Assembly (NCBI GenBank): GCA_951406725.2
Contig: OX597814.1
Span: 83,700,001 to 83,764,000 of the forward strand
Reading direction: 5' to 3'
DNA length: 64,000 nt
DNA from: Octopus vulgaris
Lineage: Eukaryota
The position numbers and the translations under genes are program-made. The notes below the pieces were generated by a model, which was given only the letters and a program-made list of their open reading frames with translations, did no database searches and was not told the DNA's origin. Shown piece after piece: positions 1 through 11,144 of this stretch (the first letter of the stretch is position 1; the number at the start of each line of letters is the position of its first letter).

Positions 1-47
1 ATCGTAGGAGACAGACACTCACACAACTACAGTTTTATATATAAAGA
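1..47 (-). mobile_element. 5' terminus of a non-autonomous Helitron (same family as 21293-22787), continuing off the left edge of the window
   Basis: Bases 1-47 nearly match 22741-22787. The minus strand begins A|TCTTTATATATAAAA, a Helitron 5' TC end. Confidence 0.75.
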
Positions 48-249
48 TATATCCCCCTCAAGCCGGCTATTTTCATGCTAGAAATAACAGCCAAATCTCA
101 CTAAACACAATGAAATGAATTGTGTAATGAATCTACTCACCTTTCTGCAAATATTTCTTTCGGAGTATTTTCCCCACATCAATATGAAATTGAGGTTTTT
201 TTTAAATTATTTTATTTGAAAGTTACAAAAAAATATGAGTTTTGTCGAG

Positions 250-392
250 CACTGCGTGGTACCTTGGTCAAGTGTCTTCTACTATAGCCTCGAGGCAGCA
301 AAAGCCTTGTGAGTGGGTTTGGTAGACGGAACCTTTAAGAAGCCCGTCGTATATGTATATATATATGTGTGTGTGTGTTTGTCCACCCAACA
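250..392 (+). mobile_element. tRNA-derived SINE family A, truncated copy
   Basis: cactgcgtgg..ccttgg.caagtgtcttctactatagcc..aaagccttgtgagtgg.tttggtagacgg matches the full copies at 4408-4840 and 42965-43335. Confidence 0.85.
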
Positions 393-429
393 ATATTTGT
401 TGTATATACATTGCATGAGAAATATTTAG

Positions 430-670
430 AGTCTAAACCGTCTAAATTTTAGACGGTTTCTGTTGCGCGCCTGCGACCGGGCGTTGAGGTTTATTGCTCG
501 GATCCTCTACGGTTGATCGTGGGAATTTTCCGAACCCCCTCCCCACCCCCAGTTTCTCAGCGCGCTTTTTTTTCGTCATATTCCTTCAATATACGATGCC
601 TTACACCTGTTACACATATTTTTTTCCATTTTTGCCACCTGGGCGTGGATCTATATATTAACCATATTCG
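430..670. promoter_or_regulatory. CpG-rich unique patch, candidate promoter or first-exon region
   Basis: Highest CpG density in non-repeat sequence in the window. Contains an NRF1-like gcgcctgcg, a Rel/NF-kB-like gggaattttcc and a perfect palindrome at 436-460. No transcript evidence. Confidence 0.3.
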
Positions 671-753
671 GTATATATATATATATTATTCAGATTTACT
701 GAAAACAAAAGACGAAGACAGGTGTAAGAACAAGCAGGTGTATTAGTTTAACG

Positions 754-789
754 CTTTTACGTTTTGAGCCTACGCTCTTCGACAGAAAG
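754..789 (-). ncRNA. Minimal type I hammerhead-like motif, variant core CUGUCGA (this copy has G12>A)
   Basis: Minus strand: CTTT-CTGTCGA-A-GAGC-GTAG-GCTC-AAAAC-GTA-AAAG. Stem I CTTT/AAAG, stem II GAGC/GCTC, palindromic stem III ACGT. Confidence 0.55.
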
Positions 790-989
790 GATTAAGAGGG
801 GAAAAAAATTAGGGATTAACGGTTCAACATGATGAAATAGCGAAAAGAAGGCTGATTGAAATATATCTATATATAGTTCAAATTTACAAAAATAAAAAAA
901 AAATAAATAAATAAAAACGTAAGACGAAGATAGGTGTAGGAACAACAAGCAGGTGTATAAGTTTAATGCTTGGGGAAAAATGGAAAAGT

Positions 990-1026
990 CTTTTACGTTT
1001 CGAGCCTACGCTCTTTGACAGAAAAG
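990..1026 (-). ncRNA. Minimal type I hammerhead-like motif, second copy (G8>A)
   Basis: Minus strand: CTTTT-CTGTCAA-A-GAGC-GTAG-GCTC-GAAAC-GTA-AAAG. Confidence 0.55.
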
Positions 1027-1088
1027 AATAGGAGGTAAAAATGGAGAGAAAAACTGTAGGGTTCAGCAGTCAAACATGGTGGGATATA

Positions 1089-1455
1089 CATTATTTACAT
1101 TTGACGGATATTTGTCCCCATCGTGTTTGTTGTTAACACAACGTTTTGGCTGATATACCCTCCAACCTTCAGCAGGTGTCTTGGAGAAAATTCGAACTGG
1201 GGTTCTCATTCCTAAGGTATTTTTCGTCGTCGTCGTCGTTGTCGTTGTTGTTGTTGTTGTTGTTGTTCAGGTCACTGCCTGGTCACTGCCAGGCAGTGAC
1301 CTGAATAATAATAATAATAATATCGAAAAATACCTTAGGAATGAGAACCCAGGTTTGAAATTTCCCCAAGACACCTGATGAAGGCTGGAGGGTATATCAG
1401 CTGAAACGTGTTAACAAACAAGATGAGAACAAATATCTGTCAAATGTAAATAATG
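1089..1455. mobile_element. Palindromic (tail-to-tail) Penelope-type pLTR pair with a hammerhead motif in each arm
   Basis: 1089-1226 is the reverse complement of 1324-1455 with few mismatches. Inner perfect 17-bp inverted repeat ttcaggtcactgcctgg / ccaggcagtgacctgaa. The arms carry (GTT)n and (AAT)n tracts at equivalent positions. Confidence 0.75.
1370..1412 (+). ncRNA. Minimal hammerhead motif with canonical CUGAUGA..GAAA core
   Basis: ACAC-CTGATGA-A-GGCTG-gagggtatat-CAGCT-GAAAC-GTGT. The mirror arm (1136-1179, minus) shows the fuller AACGTT-GTGT stem III/stem I. Confidence 0.65.
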
Positions 1456-2074
1456 CAAATAATTCCTCATCTTTTAAATATTGAACTGTATGGTGGGATA
1501 TATATATATGCTATATATATCTTGTTGCCAACTTCCTTTGTTTTGAAGCAAAATAATATTTCCCCATGGCTGGCCATGTTTTTGTGGGAGATTAGTAACA
1601 ATAGCCACTGTATGACAGTGACGTCCATCTCTATTACAACTGTCACCACATGCCAAGACAAAGAGAATAAAGAGGCAGACACAACCACATGTACCCCCAC
1701 CACCACCACCACACACGTTTTTATGGCGGGACCATGTGTTCCATTGTGTTGTTACTTAAGTTTTTGACAACCAAATCCACTCACAAGGTTTTGTTAGCCT
1801 GGGTCTACAGTTGTAGACAATCAACCAAGTTGCCATGTAATGAAATTCAAATCAAAACCATTTGACTGTGAAGTAAACTTAATGACATTCAATGACAGGC
1901 TTCAGCACACTTTCCCTCTACCAAATTATCTCACAAGGCTTTTGAAGACATTAGCACCAAAATCCGTCCAGTGTGTTTAAACCACATGCTTGTGAAATGA
2001 TCTTTTGAATTGTGGCCATGCTGGCACTTTGGGCAAGTGTCTTCTACTATACTCCGGGCGGCTGACCAAAGTCA

Positions 2075-2122
2075 CACTGTCTGATGATAGCTTAGTTGAC
2101 TGAAACTTCGAAGTCCCTGTCA
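2075..2122 (+). ncRNA. Hammerhead motif in a Penelope-type repeat remnant
   Basis: CTGATGA(2081-2087)-tagcttagttgact-GAAACTTCGAAGTC: palindromic stem III ACTT-CG-AAGT and a GUC cleavage triplet. Stems I and II are partly decayed. Confidence 0.6.
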
Positions 2123-2454
2123 ATACTATTCTTCTTACAGAATGATAAATTTGTACTCAGCCAGAGGTATTAAGTATTCTTTCAAATTAACGTATAATTG
2201 GTTTTATTATAACATAAAAATAAACATTAATATATATATATGTATGCATATACATATATGAATATGTATGTATATGTATCAAAAAGGATGTGTTATAATA
2301 CTATTCCACATATACAAAAACAGCCAAAGCAACAATCCAACATACCACCATCATCAGTTACATGTATGTATATGTGTGTATGTATGTGTATGCATGTATA
2401 TGTATATATATATGTATGTCTATGTATGTATATGAATTATATGTATGTATGTAT

Positions 2455-2748
2455 ATGTATATCCGAATGTGGCCAATGCCAGTGCTGCCTTGATTGGCTT
2501 CTGTGCTGGTGGCATGTAAAAAGCACCATCCAATTGTGGTTGATGCCAGCTCCTCTAGCCCTTGTGCCAGTGGCACGTAAAAAGTACCCATTACACTCTC
2601 GGAGTGGTTGGTGTTAGGAAGGGCATCCAGCTGTAGAAATACTGCCAGATCAGATTGGGGCTTGGTGCAGCCTCCTGGCTTCCCAGACCCCAGTCAAACC
2701 ATCTAAGCCATGCCAGCATGGAAAACGGACATTAAACGATGATGATGA
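2455..2748 (+). mobile_element. RTE LINE 3'UTR/tail fragment with (GAT)n end
   Basis: Matches the reverse complement of the 3' end of the RTE copy at 60390-61118. Ends catggaaaacggacattaaacgatgatgatgat. Confidence 0.85.
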
Positions 2749-2766
2749 TATATGTATGTATGTATG

Positions 2767-2800
<34 letters not shown>

Positions 2801-3200
2801 TATCTGTATGTATGTATGTATGTATATATATCTGTATGTATGTATGTATATATATCTGTATGTATGTATATATATCTGTATGTATGTATATATATCTATA
2901 TGTATGTATGTATATATGTGTATGTATGTATGTATATATTTGTGTGTATGTATGTATATGTATGTATATATATATTTGTGTGTATGTATGTATATGTATG
3001 TATATATATATTTGTGTGTATGTATGTATATGTATGTATATATATATTTGTGTGTATGTATGTATATGTATGTATATATATATTTGTGTGTATGTATGTA
3101 TATGTATGTATATATATATTTGTGTGTATGTATGTATATGTATGTATATATATATTTGCGTGTATATATGTATGTATATATATATTTGTGTGTATATATG

Positions 3201-3245
<45 letters not shown>

Positions 3246-3292
3246 ATATACATATGTATATATATATATTTATGTATGTATGTATGTATATA
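2749..3292. repeat. (TATG)/(TA) microsatellite with a 36-bp higher-order unit
   Basis: A 36-nt unit containing tatatttgtgtgtatg repeats about 6 times at ~2930-3160, giving a 12-aa period in the artefact ORFs. Confidence 0.95.
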
Positions 3293-3294
3293 AT

Positions 3295-3523
3295 ATAATC
3301 TATTGTATCTGGGAGGAGTCATTTTCATTTTGTGCCTTATAATTTAACATGCTCACCGGTAAAATTTCCACTTATTACTTATTTTTATTTTCCTAAAATT
3401 TTTGTTGTGTCTTTCAACATTTTCAGTAGTCTTGAAAATAAGAAATGCGTGGGATTTTACCGGTGAGTGTGTTAAATTATAAGCACAAAAAGAAAAGGAC
3501 TCTCCTCAGACACAACAGAATAT
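3295..3523. mobile_element. Second palindromic Penelope-type pLTR element (different family)
   Basis: Arms of ~90 bp (..gagtc..tttgtgc.ttataatttaaca..ctcaccggtaaaat.. / ..attttaccggtgag..tgttaaattataagcacaaa..gactc..). The spacer holds a decayed HHR-like CTGAAAA motif on the minus strand. Confidence 0.6.
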
Positions 3524-4407
3524 GCTTCAACACATGAACTCACATAAAGAATCTTGCAAAACAAATCCATAAACAAAATATATCGATAATATATATCTGC
3601 ATATATATATACATACGTATATGTACATACTTACATCTGTACATATATGTATATGTGGGAACAGGACGTGCAACAAAAAATATGAAGTACAAGTACATGG
3701 AATATGAACTATTTTTTCAAACAATGAAAGACACAAATGGAAAACAAAACAAACAATGCAAAAGCATTGTTTTTCTAGTTTCATATTTCGAGTATTTAAC
3801 AAGATTCCCCGGAACACAAATTAGATAAAATTTGAGATTTTGCAGAGGTTCAAAATTGATAACACAAACAGGACAGTAAAAACAAAGAGGAAGCCTAAAC
3901 GCGTAAATCAAGCTTGGACAGGAGACAGGCAAGAACACATCTTCCTTGAACCAGCTACAACGGAGAGAAAGAAACAGAAGTTAGGAGAAAAAAGATGGCC
4001 AATGGTCAGGTTGGAGCTACATGAGCAAGAGAGGAAGAGTGAGGGAGAGAGAATAACAGACAGAGAACTGTAAAGGGGAAAGAAAAAATTAGAGATTGGA
4101 TAAGTGAGAAAAACACAGGAGAGGAGAAAGGAAGAGAGGAAAAAAAACGAAAGAGTAATAGGATAGAATAATGGGAGAAGAGGAGGTAAAAGAATAAGAC
4201 AAAGAGAGAAAAACGGAAAAGGTAAAAAGATAGTAGAGTGCGCATCAGAATTATTAAGATAAAACTTACTTGGAAGAGGATGCATGATGTTGAATCATAT
4301 AATATGTATATATATGTACATACTTACATCTATACATATGCATATATATGCATATGTGGTCACAGGACGTCACAAAACGTGTACAACAAGAAATATGAAG
4401 TACGAGT

Positions 4408-4636
4408 ACTCTCTTTTTACTCTTTTACTTGTTTCAGTCATTTGACTGTGGCCATGCTGGAGCACCGCCTTTAGTCAAGCAAATCGACCCCAGGACTTAT
4501 TCTTTGTAAGCCTAGTACTTATTCTATCAGTCTCTTTTTGCCAAACCGCTAAGTTACAGGGACGTAAACACACCAGCATCAGTTGTCTAGGGATATTGGA
4601 GGAGGGGGGGGGGGGCAAACACAGACATACAAACAT

Positions 4637-4669
<33 letters not shown>

Positions 4670-4840
4670 CATATATATGACAGCCTTATTTCAGTTTCCG
4701 TCTACCAAATCCACTCACAAGGCTTGGTCAGCCCTAGGCTACAGCAGAAGACACTTGCCCAAGGTGCCACGCAGTGGGACTGAATCTGGAACCATGTGGT
4801 TGGTAAGCAAGCTACTTACCACACAGCCACTCCTACACCT
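4408..4840 (-). mobile_element. Full-length SINE family A, nested in an older repeat
   Basis: Minus-strand head with A box (tggctgtgtggt) and B box (gattcagtccc), an internal (TA)/(CA) tract and a (GTAAAAGA)-type tail. The flanks rejoin to match the empty site at ~3680-3712. Confidence 0.9.
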
Positions 4841-5359
4841 ACATGCAATATGAACTATTTTTCAAGCAACAAAAACACAAATGTAAAACAAGACAAGCAA
4901 CACAAAAAACGACCTTTCATCAGTTGTTGGTTGTTTTTCTACTCTCGTATTTTGACCCTTTGTCAAATCCCAAATTTTATTTAATTCGCTTGTGGGAGCA
5001 ACTATTTTATTGAAAGCATATCTTCTTGTTACACTACTTCTTGTTCCTACACCTACCTTCGTCTTAAGCTTTTTTTTTTTTTTTTGTAAATTTGAACTAT
5101 ATATAGATATATTTCAATAATAATACACCTGCTTGTTCTTACACCTGTCTTCGTCTTTTGTTTTCAGTAAATCTGCATAATATATATATACAGGGAGGGT
5201 GGACAGGGATATTGCTATATATACCATGGGCTTTTTCAGTTTCCATCTACCACACTAAGATTTTGATTGACCTGGGGCTAAAGTAGAAAACACTTGTCCA
5301 AGTGATTGAACACACACACATATATGTATATACATGTGTGTATATATATATATATATGT

Positions 5360-5545
5360 ACCAGAGTAAGCACATAAATGTGAAACAAGGTGGAAAGAAA
5401 GAGTACTCAAATACCAGAGGTAGAGTAATATGCTTTATTTAAAAGCAGCAGAAATATGACAAAAGTTGTTACTCAGAGTTTCACATTTCTCTTCATTGGA
5501 CAGTTTTGTTAAAGAAAAAAAAAAGGCATCGTCCACGTTCAGATA
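5360..5545 (-). mobile_element. Penelope-type pLTR remnant with a decayed hammerhead (5468-5505)
   Basis: Minus strand: tgt-CCAATGA-agagaaatgt-GAAACTC-T-GAGTA-aca. Shares a gtactc..ggtatt..agta.tc segment with 2153-2180. Confidence 0.45.
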
Positions 5546-5559
5546 TAAATATACATAGT

Positions 5560-6160
<601 letters not shown>

Positions 6161-7031
6161 ATCATAGTAATGGTTGTGGTTGTGTTGGCCAAGGTCGATG
6201 TTTGTGCAAAAGTGTAGGGAATAGATTATTGGTGGTGGTGGTGGCATTAGGGTTAGAAGGTTGGGCTGGAGGTGTTTTTTTTCTCTTTGAGCTCAGAGGT
6301 TGTAGAGCCAACAGCACATGGAGGTGGCAGTGGCGATGATGGCGAGGCATCTATTTTATCTCCTCCCGGGCACTCCCCTCCTCCACCTATCTTTGTTACC
6401 CCTGTCCTTCGGGAGTGGAGTAAGATTCGGGGGGGGGGAGCTGGGTATTTTGGAACATGGCTGATAAAACAAGCTGCCCTGTTACGCTCTCAATTCACTT
6501 GTTTTTCATCCCATTCCAGCACCCTTGTATCAAACTAAAATCTTATCCTCACCCTTCACATAAATATTTGTACTGATAAATCAGTAAAGCTTTGGAGAAA
6601 ATACCTTGTGGTGTTTAGTTCATGTTATACCTCTTTGTGTGTTTGTGTTTTGTATTTTAATCCAGAACCACCAACATCACTCTACCTTTTATTCCTATCC
6701 ATCTGTAGATTTGACTGACTAATGAATTAAAAGCAAAGGAAAATTACCACAAGGAGTTTTAGGGGTCTGTGTAATCAATAATCAATTGGTGTCCCTGTTC
6801 TATTTAAAAGCCCTCAGGTCCTTCCTCCTTTGCTCCTATATTAGAAATCAAATTCCAGCTCTGTCAAAGTAAACTTTATCTTACCTTTATCCTTTCTGCA
6901 GCGGCCGATGAAATACTGTAGCTGTCAATTTCTGTGACAGGGTTTATATATTAAGTACTAAGATGGGGTCTGTATGCATATATATACAGACACTCACATA
7001 TATATGTATATTAATATACATATATATGTGA

Positions 7032-7062
<31 letters not shown>

Positions 7063-7319
7063 CGCACACATGTATTAATAATATACATACATATATGTAT
7101 ACATATATGTATATATATACGCACACATGTATTAATAATATACATATATATATATATATATATTAAACTAATACATCTGTTTGTTGTTTACATACCTATC
7201 TCCATCTTTTGTTTTTTTGTAAATTCTCACCATGTGTTTACGTCCCCGCAACTTAGCGGTTCGTAAAAAGAGGCCAATAGAATAAGCACTAGGCTTACAA
7301 AGAATAAGTGCTGAGGTCT

Positions 7320-7568
7320 ATTTGTGTATGCATATGTGTATGTGTGTCTGTGTGCATGGGGTTGTGTGGGATAGGTATCTTTGCATTCCTATGTGTGTGT
7401 GTGTACATGCATGTGTGTGCGTTCGTGGGTGTATGTGGGTGTATGTATGCGTGTGTATGTGTGTGTGTATATGTGCATGTATGTGTGTTGTATGAGTGTG
7501 GTGTGTGTGGGAAGTATATGTACGTTCATGTGTGTGCTCAGGTGTGTGTGTATGTGTGCGTGTATATA
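7320..7568. repeat. Degenerate (TG)n microsatellite following a SINE A 3' fragment (7233-7322)
   Basis: Directly visible. Confidence 0.9.
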
Positions 7569-7699
7569 GAAATGAAAACAATAAAATATAAAAATTAAGG
7601 TTGAAAGGAGATAAGGAAGTTAATGCAATATAAATGGCGCAATTACAAGCAAAACTGGAAAGTGAAATAAGGTTGCTTTGTTGTAGGAGGTGTAGAGGC

Positions 7700-8497
7700 A
7701 GTCAATAGGAGGAGGGGGTTGTGTTTAGTCCAAAGGGGATAGTTGTTCGTAGATTAAAGATATACTGTTGTTCCAGGCGGAGTCGTGAGTGTGTAGATCT
7801 GTGGTGCAGAGCGAGGCCAAAGATGGAGATGTTAGGTGGGGGGGAGGGGATAGTTGGCCAAGCGGAAGTGTTGGGCGATGGGGTTGTTTGAATGTAAACG
7901 AACATCCCGTAGATGTTCGGTGAATTGGTTGGCCAGTTGGCAGCCCGTCTGACCTACATACAGTTTACCACAGAGGTTGTATCTTATACAGTATATGAGG
8001 CTAGAAGAAGTGCTTTGTTATGCGAAGAGTTTGCTGATTAGAACCAATGAGAGAAGTAGTGTTGGTGATGAAGGGGCAAGTGTTGCAGCGGGATCTGGAG
8101 CACACAAAGGATCCAGGTGGGGCTGGGAGTGAAGAGGAGAAGGTGCTGCAGACCAGAAGATTGCGTAGGTTCCGGGTGTGTTTAAAGGAGGACAAGAGTG
8201 GGTTGCGGAAAATGGGGTGGGTGGTGGGATCGAGCTGGAGACGACAGAAGGCCCATAGTATCCTCCGACGAAGGGGTAGATTGGAGGGGTGGAAAGGGGG
8301 TGAGGTTAGGGGGTTGGTGAGGGGAAGGAGAAAGGGCGGTGGTGCGATTGATTCGATGAGCGCGGGTAAGGGCATTTTGGACATGGGTTGAGGGGTATCC
8401 TCGATGCCTGAACAGGCGGGTAAGGTACTGGGACTGGGTCTCAAAATCCTGGTCCCAGCTGCACAAGCATCGAAGGCAGAGGAACTGGGAGCAGAAT
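7700..8497 (-). mobile_element. Penelope-like element fragment: RT thumb, Zn knuckle and GIY-YIG endonuclease (frameshifted)
   Basis: Translations SQFLCLRCLCS..LFRHRGYP, CSRSRCNTC, IYCIRYNLCGKLYVGQTG..FTEHLRD and LRLEQQYIFNLRTTIPFGLN. Confidence 0.9.
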
Positions 8498-9500
8498 CTT
8501 GTTCCTATTTGTTTTGGTCTTGTGCTCTGGGACATATTTCTGGCATATGGCTTGCATAACAGACATGAAACATTCTAGTTTCATGTCAATGTCTGATGTG
8601 GAGAGACATTTCAGCCAGTCCTGTATGAGGATCCCTTTTTGGATTCATTTCCAGTCTGCTTTTTGGAAGTTCAGATTGGAGAGATTTCGGGTGCTTCCTT
8701 TAGGCTGTATGTCTCTGGTTACTTTCGGCCCAAACATAGACAGCTCTATTACGTTGTGATCCAAGACTAATGTCGGCGTCACTTTCACATCATGAATGAT
8801 GTCCTTATTGTTCATGAAACAGAGATCCAGATGTATACAGCAACTCCACCATGACTCCTTTCCTTTCTGTCTGTTCGCAGTATGGCATATTTTGGCACAT
8901 GTACTTCTGCATCCTCTATATCAGGGCTGAGGTGAGTTTCCATGAGTACTATGCATTGGGCTTGATTGCATGCAGCAAGGTCTCTCAGGAAAGAAATTTT
9001 GCTTTTATTATGATGCAACAGGTTCCCAATATTTAGTAAAAATATTGGCGTGACGACTGTCTGGCGTTAGAGGATGCCATCCCATGTCTGTTGACTGTGG
9101 TGGTCTTGCATAGTGGTGGGCAAAGTTCCTCATTTGTGCTTGGTGTAGACAGGTCAGCTGCTGCATTGTGCATAACCTCTGAAAAGTGCACTTCTTTTGT
9201 AAATTTTTTTCCTTGGAGACATTTGTTGTCTTTCCTCAGGGAAGTTTTTCTCCTTAAGGCCCCTGTATTTTTGGAAGGGTGTTGGGTGGGCAAACCGGTA
9301 GTTTTTGCCATCTTCCTCACATTTATATATACAGTAAAGTTTATATGGCAACAGAATGTGGGAGTCCTATAAAGGACTGTTATTGTTGTTTTTGTTTCAG
9401 GAATACATCTTTTCTATCTGGCCATCGACACTTAGTCTTTGACTGTAAAGCATTTGCAAGGGAGGTCATCATTCCCATCACTAGTCTTACGTGATACTAA
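8498..9500 (-). mobile_element. CR1/L2-group LINE 5' fragment (CCCH-type ORF1 remnant plus AP endonuclease)
   Basis: IVLMETHLSPDIEDAEVHVPKYAILRTDRKERSHGGVAVYI, then LDHNVIEL and NFQKADW. Upstream KNYRFAHP resembles a CCCH finger. Confidence 0.8.
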
Positions 9501-9536
9501 CTTCTGAGTGGTTACCCATCCTCAGTGTGAGAAAAC

Positions 9537-10740
9537 CATCATCATTTAATCTGTTATCCATGCTGGCATGGGTTGGAAGGTTTGCAAGCTTGAAGGCTGC
9601 ACCAGACTCTAGTTTTATTCAGCATGGTTTCTATGGCTGGATTCCCTTCCTAATGCCATTTGCATGACACCAGTATATTCCATGACTATGATTTTACTTT
9701 ACTTGATGGGTCTTCTTCTCAAGAATGGCATAATGTCAAAGGTCTCAGTGATTCCTCATTGCTGCTCTGAGACCCAACATTCAAAAGGTGGTTTTCACGT
9801 GCCACCGGCATCAACCATCTTGATTCTTTGAGGTCCAATGCTTGAAGGGTACTTTTTATGTACCACTGGCATGGGTACCAGTTATGTGGAATCAGCATCA
9901 GTCACGACTACAATTTCACTTGGATTGATAGGTCTCATTAAGCACAGCATATTGCTAGAGGTCTCGGTCACTAGCCATTGCCTCTGTGAGGCCCAAAGTT
10001 CAAAGGTCATGCCTCACCACCTCATCCCATGTCTTCCTGGGTCTACTCCTATCAAGTTCCATCCACAGTTAGAGATCAGCACTTCTATACACAACTGTCT
10101 TCGTCCATACACATCACATGATGATACCAGCACAGTCGTCTTTCTTGCACACCACATTTGATGCCTTTTATGCCTAACTTTTCTCTCAAGATACTTACAC
10201 TCTGTCAGACAGGCACACTGACATTGCACACTCAGCAAAGTGTACTTGCCTCATTTCTTACAAGCTTACACATCCTTGGCTGTCACTGACATGTAACATA
10301 GCTGTTCACACACAGGCATCATACAATGTGAATTTCACTCTGAAGGAGAGGCCCTTTGTTGCCAGCAGAGGTAAGAGCTCTCTGAATTTTGCCCAGTCTA
10401 TTCTTATTCCCACAGTTATGGTCTTGGATCATCCACCTTCACTACTAACTTGGTCACTTAGATAAGGGAAGCTATCTACTACCTTTAGCTTACCATCCTG
10501 GCAGTTGATGGAGTCTATTTTCTGAACATTTACAGTGTTTATTCTACCTGTGCATCTTCCACACACAAAAGCTATTTTCCCTGTTAACCTTCTGCTATTG
10601 CTGCACCCCTTATGTGTCCACCGGGTATATCTTATGGAGTTTCTACCAATGCCTTTTCTACAGATTGATCAGGGCTGTCTAACTGAAGGGATTTGTGATT
10701 TGCTTGAGTTATTGACTAAGTTATTGCCAAGTCTTCACAT
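9537..10740 (-). mobile_element. RTE-clade LINE 3' fragment, decayed
   Basis: VVDSFPYLSDQV..WAKFRELLPLLATKGLS; (GAT)n tail at 9537. Colinear with 44990-46070. Confidence 0.9.
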
Positions 10741-11144
10741 TTTTAGTTGTGACCCAATGCTTATCTTTTACATAATGAATTTGCCTACCATTATACTATT
10801 CTACTTTGCATAAAACTTTAGCTATATTGGTACTTCTGGCTCTCATTCCTTAAGTATTCTAGTTTGTCAATATTTTAACAAAGTGATGGTACCTTTTTAA
10901 TTATAATGTTACTTTGTAAATAAAAATCAAATAATTTTTAATATTCAAATTTTATCCTTAGCTGCAATATTTTAAGTAAAAATCTTCTTGTTCTCTACTT
11001 TACTAGATGTAATAAATAGTCCTGAATTTTTCCAAGTGTAATAACTTGTCCTGTAATTTTCCAGGTTTATAATCTTAAGAATATTATTTCTCTTGCTTGC
11101 ATTTTTCCATGTAATGTTTTTATGCACACACATTATCTATTATA

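Larger units (their letters stand above)
675..1080 (-). mobile_element. Two tandem Penelope-type pseudo-LTR units, each with a minimal hammerhead motif
   Basis: Unit aagacgaaga.aggtgta.gaac..aagcaggtgta..agtttaa...ttttacgttt.gagcctacgctctt.gacagaaa occurs at ~700-790 and ~920-1025. Tandem HHR-bearing units are typical of PLE pLTRs. Confidence 0.6.

Noticed and set aside
2732-3342. Long ORFs rich in Y/I/C/M/V (also 5572-6192, 7308-7598, 46208-46743)
   Set aside because: Translations of (TA)/(TG)/(TATG) microsatellites that lack stop codons; open in several frames at once.
6780-6905. CCAAT/TATA-like promoter and splice-like signals
   Set aside because: Short motifs expected by chance in AT-rich DNA; the splice-like part lies in a decayed SINE B head.
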